Shown here piece by piece: positions 30,368 to 42,000 of a stretch of 64,000 nt of DNA. The stretch comes from Terriglobia bacterium (lineage in GTDB: Bacteria; Acidobacteriota; Terriglobia; Terriglobales; Acidobacteriaceae), in assembly GCA_963841075.1 (NCBI GenBank), contig CAWJBA010000014.1:21328-85327 (forward strand). Direction: 5' to 3'. Under the pieces are notes generated by a model. That model was not told the origin of the DNA. It made no database searches and saw nothing but the letters and a program-made list of their open reading frames with translations. A program made the position numbers and the translations under genes. The first letter of the stretch is position 1. Each line of letters begins with the position of its first letter.

Positions 30368-32272
30368 ATGAGTTACCAAGCGCTCTTATTCTGCCCGGAC
30401 GAAAAAACGGCCCGTGTGGTGAGTCAGGTCCTGAGTGAACTCGAGTTCAATGTCGAGCCCTGCCACGAACCCTTTGCCGCAGTTAAAAAATTGATGGTCC
30501 AGCACTTCGACGCGATCGTAGTGGACTGCGACAACGAGCAGAACGCAGCTTTACTTTTCAAGAGCGCGCGCAATTCCGGTTCGAACCAGGCCTCGCTGGC
30601 AGTTGCGGTAGTCGAAGGACAAGCGGGAGTGGCCAAAGCTTTCCGCCTCGGCGCAAACCTCGTCTTGACCAAGCCGATTCACGTCGAGCAATCCAAGGGA
30701 ACACTGCGGGTTGCCCGCGGCTTGCTGCGCAAGGGACAGGCGGTCAAGGCCGCCGCAGTGGTTAGCGGCGTATCAACCCCGGTCCCACAACGAATTGCAC
30801 CTGCTGCCTTTCCGCCGGCACCGGCGGTGGCGCCTCCGACTCAAAGTGCGTCGGCCTTCGAACTTGATGCGGAACCGATGCCCTTGCCCGATCCTGCCGA
30901 TGCAGCCTTGCTGGAGTACATGCCCGACTCTCCGGTTTCGAGCGCTCCGAATTCGCCGCGGTCGGCAGTTGAGTCTGATCCATCCAAGCAGTATCCCTGG
31001 CAACCGCGCAAGCCCCTGGCTGAACCAATGGCATCGGCCCTGCGCAAAGCCGCGGAAGCCGCGGGAAAATCCGAATTTGACGCTGCCGCTCCGCGCCCCA
31101 CAGCTGCTCCACAAGCCGGAATTCCGCAAGCTAGGCCTGCGCAATTCCCCGCGCAACTTGGAACTGCGCAGCTTGGAACTGCGCAGCTTGGGAGCGCGCA
31201 AGGAAAAACCGGTGCTGCTGCCGCGCCCGCCCGGGCCCGCGAAATTCCAGCGCCCGATGCTAAAAAATTAGGTTTAGAGCCGACTGCAAGTGCGATCGTG
31301 GTTCCTTCAGTCGAAGAGATCAAGAGGATCGAGGACCCATCGGCAAGCGATGGCTGGGACAGCAGCTCAACCGCAGTCTCCAGCGAAGCGCCGAGTTTCA
31401 GTTCGCTCGATGAGCCACAGGCGGCCGACGCAGGCGGCAGCAAAAAGACTGGCCTGATCGCAGTGCTGCTGATCGGACTTGCGGCCGCGGGATATTTCGG
31501 CTGGACCAAAATGCGATCGGAGCCTGCTCAACCGGCAGCGCCGCAATCGGCAAGTTTTCCCGTCGCCGTCACTCCGGCCCCGCTTGCGCAGGCTCCGGCT
31601 TCCGCTACCGAGACACAATCAGCACCGGTCGGCGACCTTGTGACGCCGCAGCCGGAATCAGGATTGAGTGGTACGACCGCCGCTCCGATGCCATCCAAAC
31701 CGTCCGCTGCGGTGATAGCGGAGGGTCCCGGGAACAAGACGCCGGGCCCGGCTAAGTCAGCTACTGCGGACGATGTCACGGTGCTGAAATCGCCCGCGAC
31801 CGCCCCGGCGGAACCTGCAGCGGCGCTGAAGGTCCAGAACGGGACGTCGACAAAGCCGAAGACTGCTCCCGAAGCGCAGGAGCCGGAACAGGCGCCGGAG
31901 GTGAACAGCATCGCTACCGGCAGCAGTAGCGCGGTATCCGGAATTGTGAATACCGACGTGATCAATGCCCAGAAGGCGGCCCCGCAGTTGTTGAAGATTT
32001 CGCAGGGCGTTTCCCAGGGACTGATCATCAAGAGAGTTCAACCTGTCTATCCCGCGCAAGCCAAGGAGATGCATCTCGGCGGTGTGGTCGAACTGCAAGC
32101 CAACATCACCAAGTCCGGAAGCATTTCTGCGGTCAAACAGTTGAGCGGCGACACAACCCTGGGGCGCGCCGCCATAGAGGCGGTGCGGCAGTGGAAGTAC
32201 AAACCTTACTATCTGAACGGCGAGCCGATCGAGGTTGAAACCCAGATCACGGTTAACTTCAAACTCCCGTAG
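30368..32272 (+). CDS. receiver-like domain - long Pro/Ala linker - TM - TonB C-terminal domain fusion
   Basis: 634 aa. Receiver-like head at aa 1-120 (AIVVDCD, LVLTKPI). One TM (GLIAVLLIGLAAAGYFGW) near aa 365. C-terminal VQPVYPAQAKEMHLGGVVELQANI...AIEAVRQWKYKPYYLNGEP has the TonB_C pattern. Confidence 0.7.
   Translation: MSYQALLFCPDEKTARVVSQVLSELEFNVEPCHEPFAAVKKLMVQHFDAIVVDCDNEQNAALLFKSARNSGSNQASLAVAVVEGQAGVAKAFRLGANLVLTKPIHVEQSKGTLRVARGLLRKGQAVKAAAVVSGVSTPVPQRIAPAAFPPAPAVAPPTQSASAFELDAEPMPLPDPADAALLEYMPDSPVSSAPNSPRSAVESDPSKQYPWQPRKPLAEPMASALRKAAEAAGKSEFDAAAPRPTAAPQAGIPQARPAQFPAQLGTAQLGTAQLGSAQGKTGAAAAPARAREIPAPDAKKLGLEPTASAIVVPSVEEIKRIEDPSASDGWDSSSTAVSSEAPSFSSLDEPQAADAGGSKKTGLIAVLLIGLAAAGYFGWTKMRSEPAQPAAPQSASFPVAVTPAPLAQAPASATETQSAPVGDLVTPQPESGLSGTTAAPMPSKPSAAVIAEGPGNKTPGPAKSATADDVTVLKSPATAPAEPAAALKVQNGTSTKPKTAPEAQEPEQAPEVNSIATGSSSAVSGIVNTDVINAQKAAPQLLKISQGVSQGLIIKRVQPVYPAQAKEMHLGGVVELQANITKSGSISAVKQLSGDTTLGRAAIEAVRQWKYKPYYLNGEPIEVETQITVNFKLP
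31151..31200. repeat. 3 x 15 bp in-frame tandem repeat (AQLGT units)
   Basis: gcgcaacttggaact / gcgcagcttggaact / gcgcagcttgggagc. Confidence 0.8.
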
Positions 32273-32356
32273 AGTACGGCCGCGAGTAGAAAGCCTGACG
32301 GCGCAAGGTAACCACTTGCGCCGTTTCCTTTTGTCTCAGATTTCAGCACTCTCATA

Positions 32357-32559
32357 GTGTCATCCTGAGCGGAGGAGCCGCTTCGCGAAGCGAAGCAGCC
32401 ACGTAGTCGAAGGACCCCTACCTGCTTCTCGGTTGCGTCGGAGCTAGGCGCGCTTTCCAACAAAAATTCCTGCGATTTCGAGCGCGTAATACGATAGGGG
32501 TCCTTCGACTCCGTCAGTCCATTCGCGAGCGAATGGACTGCGCTCGCTCAGGATGACAC
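32357..32559. repeat. nested palindromic element, family A copy 2
   Basis: GTGTCATCCTGAGCGGAG...GTCGAAGGACCCCTA // ATAGGGGTCCTTCGAC...CTCGCTCAGGATGACAC. The unique ~70 bp spacer is unrelated to that of copy 1. Confidence 0.8.
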
Positions 32560-32596
32560 ATCCCACATGCTGCTCGAGGATGACAGCTAAGCGCTC

Positions 32597-32614
32597 AACT
32601 CGCCGAGTTATAAT
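32597..32614 (+). promoter_or_regulatory. candidate uvrB promoter -10 box overlapped by a 6-1-6 palindrome
   Basis: AACTCG-C-CGAGTT abuts and overlaps TATAAT (32609-32614), 55 nt upstream of the uvrB ATG. Confidence 0.35.
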
Positions 32615-32668
32615 CAAGAGATGCCCACTCGTCAATTTTGCCTTCTGTAAGCGGCGAGTGCCGATTTT

Positions 32669-34664
<1,996 letters not shown>

Positions 34665-34742
34665 GTCCCTACCCGAACTGAGAACTGCGAACTTACAACT
34701 AACAACTGGATCTAACCAGGAAATCCCGCTTTTTATAACCAA

Positions 34743-35448
34743 TCAGGAACCCGCGGCGGCAACCCGAACCCGGCTTCTGGCTTCGTTTTCGGCCTGCTGT
34801 TCCACCGCGTTCATCTCTTTTTCGATGGAAGAAAAACGCTGCAGGATTTCGTGCATGCGCACCGCCATGTTGCGGATGGTTTCAATCTGTGAGCGTGATG
34901 CCACCGAGAGAGATTTCGGTTCCAGCAGCAGCAACTCGGAATTTCCCAGGACCGATGTAAGCGCATTGTTCAGGGTGTGCCGGACATCCAGAGTGTAGCG
35001 GCCCAGCGCGGCCTGGCGTTCCAGTGATTTGACTGCCGCTTCGGCTCGCTGCGCGCGCGCCAACGTTTCTTTGTGCCGCAGGCACTCCCTGCACAGCCAG
35101 TACCAGCGCATCCAGCCAGCCTTCCTGTTGTTGCAATACGTTGATCCCCGGCTTCATCTGGCGCGCTTTTTGCGCGGATTGCTTTCCGTCCGCTGCGAAC
35201 AATACGGGGTTGCCGGTTTCATCAAGGACTTTGAAGACGGCGGCCAGGTCGTCGGGCTGCACCGCACCTACGACGGCCATATCGAAACCAGCGGCATCGA
35301 GATCGCGGCAGATGTCGGCGCTCATCAGGGTAAAGGCCGGAGGGTTTCGTTCGCTTTGCCAGCGGTCCATGACGACGCGCGAAAACTCGGCGTCATCTGA
35401 AATTATAAGTACCGTGGACTGATACAAGCTTTGCTCTCCGTTCTTCAC
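34743..35448 (-). pseudogene. pseudo-receiver domain fused to a DHp (HisKA-like) domain without ATPase domain; one +1 frame break
   Basis: The N-terminal ORF (35448..) is receiver-like, with Gly at the expected phospho-Asp position (FDMAVVGAV). The C-terminal ORF (..34743) has an H-box-like DVRHTLNNALTSVLGNSELL. The ORFs overlap 230 nt in different frames. Break near 35090-35115. Confidence 0.55.
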
Positions 35449-35496
35449 TCTCTGTGCCCTTGCCCGAGATGACTTTGCGCAGCGGTAATTCCGTGA

Positions 35497-36556
35497 CTAG
35501 ACTTTGTCGTCGTCTCCCGTCCCGTGGTCAGCATCGGATGAAGGCTGGTCCCAGTCAGCCGCGGCGGTCACTTCGAACTCCGGCACTTCCGAGACGGACG
35601 TCGCAAACTGGGCGCCGGCGGCTGCCGCCTTGGCGCGACCGGTCGCGACCGGAGCGGGCGGCTTGGCTGCCTTTTTGGTGGTGCGAGACAGGGCCGCATC
35701 CACCACATTGCGCAAATCCACCAGCATCCGCAGCGGGCTGCCGGAGGAGTACTCGGCATGAAACATCACCTTCCAGGACTGGCAGATCATGCGCAGCCGG
35801 GTTACGGGCTCGTCGGCCGAAAATTGCGCGGAGCGGCAATCCAGGGTATCGACGCCGCGGGCTTCGAGTTCGCGCAATCCATCCAGAATGGTATTCAGGT
35901 CCTGGTGCATCAGCCGGAAGAAGACTCGGCGCATCAGGAAGCTGAAGCGCGCGAACGCCACCATTGCAATGGGCTCGAAGTACTTTTCTTCCGCCGAGAT
36001 CTTGAGCTTCCTGCCTTTATCCAGAATGCCGCTGGTCAGCAACTCGTTCAAACTGTGACATGCGTTGGCCGACTGAATGAAATCCTCTATCGGTTCCAGC
36101 CACGAAGGTAGAGTCAGGTCGATGTCTCCCAGAACCGGCTCCAGCGTCTGGGCCACGTATCCCAGGTCCACATCCGTGTCCTCCAGGCGTGAAGGAGCGC
36201 AGTGGGAAAAGAACTGGACCAGCAGGAAATCGATCTTGTCGCGGTCCGAGTCAACCCGGGTGCTGCGGTTGAGATGGTGTTCCAGCAGGGTTTGCAAAGC
36301 TTCCTCGCTGGTCAGGCTCGTGGTCTGGAGAAACTGGCGCAATTGATGGACCTGGATCTTCTGGTCCATTTCAAGCAGCCACTGCCGGGCCTGCTCGACG
36401 GACTCCTGTGGCGGATCTTCCAAGCCAGCTTCCAGGTCGGGGCAAGAGGGCAGCTCGATAACGAATTCGCGCCCCAGCGCACTGTACAGAGGATAGAGCA
36501 GGCGAGCTTCGCTGCCACTCCGCGGCCAAATCCTGTGTCTTCAATTTCAGAGTCAT
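35497..36556 (-). pseudogene. conserved-looking protein of unknown function (~353 aa), probable +1 frame break near the 5' end
   Basis: The 308 aa ORF from TTG 36423 stays open upstream to ~36540 (EARLLYPLYSALGREFVIELPSCPDLEAG...). An ATG at 36556 overlaps the upstream stop (ATGA) but is in the adjacent frame. Alternatively the gene simply starts at TTG 36423. Confidence 0.45.
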
Positions 36557-36909
36557 GGTTTCACGATCCAGTTGGAAACTTCCTGGGTAAAGCGGGCAGC
36601 GACTGCGGTGCGTCCGCTGGTATATTGCAGGGCCACAACGGAGGCTTCAGCGTTCAGCGTGCCGTCCGAATTCTCCAGCCGCAGCCGGTCGGCAAACTCC
36701 AGCGGGAGAGTGGAAGAAAACAACACTTCACGGGGCGTACCGAATTCGATCACCGTGCTTTCGGTGCGGTCGTTTCCGTCCCCCACGCGGGTCAGGCGCA
36801 CAGGAATACGCACCGGGCTGGCTTCGGGAAAGAATTTTGCCAGCTTGGCGGTGCAGCTTTCCTGCCGGACACGCGCTTGGCCCGTGGCCTGAGTGGACAC
36901 TGCGAACAC
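36553..36909 (-). CDS. small PilZ-like protein (degenerate)
   Basis: 118 aa. RIPVR (RxxxR) is present. The second PilZ motif is not evident. Confidence 0.35.
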   Translation of the reverse strand: MFAVSTQATGQARVRQESCTAKLAKFFPEASPVRIPVRLTRVGDGNDRTESTVIEFGTPREVLFSSTLPLEFADRLRLENSDGTLNAEASVVALQYTSGRTAVAARFTQEVSNWIVKP

Positions 36910-37140
36910 CTCGGTTTTCCAGGGTCGACGCGGCCTGGGTCCCCAGGCTGCCGGTTAGCATGGCAAGGGCACCCGGACCGCATCGGCAGATAAGAATGCA
37001 CTCTCAGAACCAAAGTCGTCGGCCATGATGGTTATATGTAAGTTGCTGATAATACGCGATGATGCTAAGCGCGAGTAGCGAGGTAAGTGGGTTGGCGCTG
37101 TCGTCTTGTCTCAGAATGAAACACTGTCTCAAGGTTCTAA

Positions 37141-37213
37141 GTAGCGCCGGCGTCGCGCCGGCTGTCGACGGGCGTCCCGCCCGCTCTTCGGGCCGGCCGG
37201 AGGCCGACGCTAC
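37141..37213. repeat. GC-rich palindromic repeat, family C copy 2
   Basis: GTAGCGCCGGCGTCGCGCCGGC...GGCCGGCCGGAGGCCGACGCTAC lies 7 nt beyond the NtrC-type gene stop. Confidence 0.75.
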
Positions 37214-37219
37214 CAAACC

Positions 37220-38623
37220 CTACTGCAGCGCCTGGATCTGTGCCGACATTTCCCGCGCTCCGATGTTGTAGCGTTTGAGCTTGCGATAGAGTGTGGCGCG
37301 GCTGATCCCTAGCATCTTGCCGGCCAGCGCTTTGTCACCTTTCACCTGCTCGAAAACCCGCTCGATGGTGGCGCGCTCGATGTCTTCCAGGTCGGTTGTG
37401 GTCAGCCCGGATGAAGGAGTATCGCTGCCTGGTTCGCCGGGAACGGCCGACGTGATCGATGGAGGCAGATCGTTGAAGTCGATGGTGCGGCCGTCGCCCA
37501 GGGCGACGGCTCGCTCGATGCAATTCTCCAGTTCACGGACATTTCCCGGCCAGTCGTATTGCAGCAGCGACTTCATCGCCGCGGAAGTGATCGATATCGA
37601 TCGGCCGCGAGCGTACCGCTCCAAAAACCAGTGCGTGAGCATGGGGATATCGGAGCGTCGTTCGCGCAGCGACGGCAAATGCACCGTAACTACGTTCAGG
37701 CGGAAGTAAAGGTCCTTGCGGAAGGTGCCGTTACGGTACTCGGATTCAAGATCGCGATTGGTGGCGGCGATCACGCGCACATCCACTTTTATTTTCTGAT
37801 TGCTGCCCACCGGGCGAACTTCCTTTTCCTGCAGGACGCGCAACAGTTTGGCCTGCATCTCCTGCGGCAGCTCGCCGATCTCATCCAGAAAGATGGTGCC
37901 GCCGTTGGCCGACTGAAACAGCCCCGTGCGCGCCTTGACCGCGCCGGTGAATGCGCCCCGCTCATATCCGAACAGTTCGCTCTCGATCAGCGTGGGAACC
38001 AGCGATCCGCAGTCCACGGCCACGAACGGACGTTTGGCGAGCGACCCGCGGAAGTGTATGGCTCGCGCCACCAGTTCCTTGCCGGTACCGCTTTCTCCGG
38101 TAATCAGAACGGGCGTGTGCGTGTCTTTCAGGCGCGAGATCATGCGCAGTACATCCTGAATCTTCGCCGATGCGCCCACGATTCCATGCAGTTCCGTCTC
38201 AGTATCGACGCGCTGGCGCAGGAACTCATTCTCTTCCACCAGGCGAACCTTTTCCGCCATGCGGCGCAAGAACAGGCGCAGTTCTTCCAGGGGGGAGAAA
38301 GGTTTGCTGATGTAGTCGTAAGCCCCCAGCTTCATGGCCTGGACAGCGGTCTCGACCGATCCGTGGCCGGTCATGACCGCGACCTCGGTGCGCGGCAGCA
38401 TCTTCTTTACCTTCTCAAGGAAGGTTAACCCGGACATGTTCGGCATCACCATGTCGGTGAGGATGATGTGCGCGGGTTGTTCCTCGAGCAGCGCCAGAGC
38501 CGACTCGCCGCCGTCGGCCTCCATGCAGATAAAGCCAAGGCCTTCGCCCACGGTCATGCACAGTTGGCGAATGCTCTGCTCGTCGTCAACGATCAAGAGG
38601 CGGATTCGTAAGTCTTCGTTCAC
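37220..38623 (-). CDS. sigma-54-dependent response regulator (NtrC family)
   Basis: 467 aa. REC domain, AAA+ GESGTGKE, ESELFGYERGAFTGA, and C-terminal HTH ISRATLYRKLKRY. The GTG start overlaps the upstream stop (GTGA). Confidence 0.9.
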   Translation of the reverse strand: MNEDLRIRLLIVDDEQSIRQLCMTVGEGLGFICMEADGGESALALLEEQPAHIILTDMVMPNMSGLTFLEKVKKMLPRTEVAVMTGHGSVETAVQAMKLGAYDYISKPFSPLEELRLFLRRMAEKVRLVEENEFLRQRVDTETELHGIVGASAKIQDVLRMISRLKDTHTPVLITGESGTGKELVARAIHFRGSLAKRPFVAVDCGSLVPTLIESELFGYERGAFTGAVKARTGLFQSANGGTIFLDEIGELPQEMQAKLLRVLQEKEVRPVGSNQKIKVDVRVIAATNRDLESEYRNGTFRKDLYFRLNVVTVHLPSLRERRSDIPMLTHWFLERYARGRSISITSAAMKSLLQYDWPGNVRELENCIERAVALGDGRTIDFNDLPPSITSAVPGEPGSDTPSSGLTTTDLEDIERATIERVFEQVKGDKALAGKMLGISRATLYRKLKRYNIGAREMSAQIQALQ

Positions 38624-39024
38624 GGTGCCTTCCCCATTGTTTTCTCAACTACTGAAATGAACTGCTGTACCCGGAACGGCTTCTCCACGCAGGGAGCCCC
38701 GGTCTCGCGCAGCGTAGCCACGGTTTCTTCGTTGGCAATATCGCCGGTGATGAATACGATCCGGGCCGCCAGTTCGGGGCGGTTTTGCGCGACCCAGGCA
38801 TGCACATCGGCCCCGTTCACCCCCCCGGGCGTGCGCATATCGGATACGACGCCGAGAAATTCGCCCGATTCCAGCAGGCGCAAACCATCGGCGCCGGACT
38901 CGCTGCACACCACGGAGTAGCCGTTGCGCTCCAGCGTAGCGCGAACATAGGCCATGACGGCGGGCTCATCCTCGATGAGCAACACCGGTAAGGTTGCGGG
39001 TTTAGTGACAGTCTGTGTGCTCAT
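38620..39024 (-). CDS. single-domain response regulator
   Basis: Start at ATG 39024, overlapping the kinase stop (ATGA). LLIEDEP...VVSDMRTPG...EKPF receiver pattern. Confidence 0.85.
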   Translation of the reverse strand: MSTQTVTKPATLPVLLIEDEPAVMAYVRATLERNGYSVVCSESGADGLRLLESGEFLGVVSDMRTPGGVNGADVHAWVAQNRPELAARIVFITGDIANEETVATLRETGAPCVEKPFRVQQFISVVEKTMGKAP

Positions 39025-42000
39025 CGTTGTATGACTCCGGCAGCGGCCCCGACCGAGGCCGTCTCTGGGGTTGAGGGCAGGCGTACCACGAAAGTAGCGC
39101 CCGGTTCCCCGGTGTTGTTGTGGCAAAGGATCTCGCCGCCATGCTCGTGCACAATGCCGTAGCAGATGCTCAAGCCCAGGCCGGTGCCCTTGCCGACTTC
39201 CTTGGTGGTAAAGAATGGATCGAAAATGCGATCGGGATGCGAGATTCCGGGCCCGTTGTCGCGAAACATGATCTCAACCGAGTTGCCCTTGTGGGTGGTG
39301 GCGATCTCAATCCGCGCCGGGCGGCCAGTGCCCCCGACTGCGTCGTAAGCGTTGTTCAGAATGTTGAGGAACACCTGCTGCAACTGATGCGAGTCTCCGA
39401 TTACGCTGGGCAGTTGCTGGTCGAGGTGCTCGATTACTTCCACGCCGTGGCTTTGGAAATCGTAAGAGCGCAGCTGCACCGTCCGCCGCAGAATCGGGTT
39501 CAGCTGCAGCGCCTTTTTCTGCGGCGGCATCTGGCGGGCAAAGCTGAGCAGGTTCTGGACAATCTGCTTGGTGCGTTGCGCCTCCTGAAGAATCACGCGC
39601 ATATCTTTCCGAGCGCTTTCGGGCAGTTCAGGATTTTCCATCAGCAGGTCGGCGAATCCGAGAATAGCGGTAAGCGGATTGTTCACCTCGTGGGCTACAC
39701 CGGAGACAAGTTGGCCCACCGCCGCCATCTTTTCAGCATGCATCAGCTTCGATTGCAGGCTGGCAGCGTCGGTCACGTCCGTCATGACGACCACCAGGCT
39801 GCTCACGTGCGATTGCTCATCGCGCATGGGACTCAGGTTGACGGAAAAGTGGCCGATCCTGCCGTCGCCGCGCAGGATCTGCAGATCAAGATTGTCCACC
39901 TGGCGACCGGCGAGCGTGGCGCTCAGGGCTTCGGTGAGCATAGTTCGCCGCGCCGGGGCCACCAGTTCCTCGAGCGGCCGTCCCAGCAACTGCTTTTGCT
40001 GGTAGCCCATATCTTGCCAGCGCCGGTTGGCATAGCTGATCAGGCCGGCGGTATCCGCCACCAGAATCAGGCTTTGGGTGTTGTTCAGAATCTTGCCGGA
40101 GAAGTCGCGCTCCCGCTGCAACTCGGCCTGGAAGGTTTTCAGCCCGCTGATATCGAGCATCAGGCCGCGAAACTGCATGACCCGACCGCGGGCATCGCGC
40201 ACCGCAAAGGCGTTGATCAGGACGTAAACCACAGAGCCGTCGCGGCGGCGAAGCGTCTCTTCGTGGTTCCGAACGACGCCGTGCTCCTCCATCTTCCGGG
40301 CAAATTCCTGATGGCCCTCGGCCGAGAAATAAATCTGGGAGCGAACATCAACCTGCAGCAAATCCTCACGGCTGGCGTAGCCCAGCATGCGAACCAGTGC
40401 GTCGTTGACCTCGATGAAGCGGCCGTCCGGCGTGGAGAAGAAAAGCCCCTCCTGAATGTTGTCGAAAAGTTCCCGGTAGCGCTGCTCGACTTCCAGGCGA
40501 TCACTGATGTCCTTCATCACATGGATGGTCTGCATGCCTTCGCTGCTGGCGCCGTGGACCCGCGATGTCGACACCAGATAGGTGCGCTCCAGCACGGGAT
40601 GGACATACTCGTCATCGCCCTCGCTGGTGCTGCGGCAGAATGGGCAGGCGCGAGGTGGCGGGGCATTTCCCATCGCCAGCAGGGCCGACATATTGACCCC
40701 GATGAGCGTCTGTGGCTGCAGTCCAATGAACTCGGCCAGGGAGCGGTTCACGCGCAAAACGTTGCCGGCCTCATCGTGGGCCACAATGAAATCGCTGATG
40801 GCGTCGAAAATTTCGACCCAGTGCCGGTTCGCCTGGTCCATGCGGGTAAACAGGCGGGCATTTTCCAGGGCCACCGCAGCGTGCCCGGCGATGGCATGCA
40901 TAACCTGGTTGTCTTCCTCCCGGCCGGACTCGCGGTCTCCCAGGCACAGGACGCCCACCAGATCCCCGCCGGCCCCCAGCAGACGCACCAGGGTGGCCTG
41001 GCTTGCTCCCAGTTCGCCGGCCAGCGCCGTCCCCAACAATTCAATCGCGCTCGCGGAAACAATTATGCCCTTATGGCGCGCCAGAGTTTCTTCGATGGCA
41101 TAACTGAACCGTCGCAGTAAGGACCGGTCTTGAATCTCCTGGCCGTCAGCGTCCCGTATCACCAGGCTTTCCATGCCGTTTTCTTGCTGGACCACCAGCG
41201 CTGCCTGACGCGCGCCCAGGATGTTCGCGGCGCGGGCCACAAAGCTGCGTGCAAAGTCGGGAAGCCTCAGGTGGCCATTGAGTTCAAGGGCCAATCCCAT
41301 CAGGGATTCGGCGCGGCGACGGTGTTGCTCGGATTGATGCAGATTCCGGGTGACCTCCAGCGCCACTGCCACTTGCGCCGCCAGGGCCCGGGCCCGACGA
41401 ATGTCCTCCTGTGAAATGCCAGACCCGTCGATCCGGTCCAAAACGCCGAACATGCCCAGAACTTCGCCCTCGGTATCGAGGAGAGGGACCGTCAGCAACT
41501 GCTTTACATCGAACCGGGTGAGGATCTCCAGGTTCGCACCCGGGACTTTGTCGGGATCGTCTGACCAGAAAACCTCTTTGTTCAGGAGAGCCCGGCTGGC
41601 GGGTCCGGGGGGAAGCTGAAAATCTACATCCTTCTTTTGGCCGTTTTCCGCCGCCCAGCGCACGTGAAAGCCGCTGTTTTCGACCAGGCCGATGAAGCCG
41701 CGTCCGAAGCCGAGGAAATCCGCTGCGCGCAGGGCAAACTGCTGCAGGAATTCATCCAGCTGCCCGATGGAGCTGAGCTCGGCTGAGATATCCAGCAGTT
41801 GATGGAGTTCATAAGCCCGGGCGCGGGCAGTATTGTAGAGTTCAGCGTTCGCGATGGCCACCGCCGCAAAGCCGGTGACCACCGAAATCAGCGATTTTTC
41901 CTCCGCGCTGAAAACCCCTTCCGGACGGGGATAGATCAGGACCGCGCCCTGGGTGAGCGAAGTGCGAAAGGGTGCTGCAATCAACATCCCCGGCGGAATC

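Noticed and set aside
32209-32635. ORFs 32209..32463 and 32444..32635 (and 12872..13054, 58201..58461, 58255..58500)
   Set aside because: They are translations of palindromic repeat family A or of the tRNA region. They give the characteristic junk peptides (VILSE.., SAQDD..) and have no SD.
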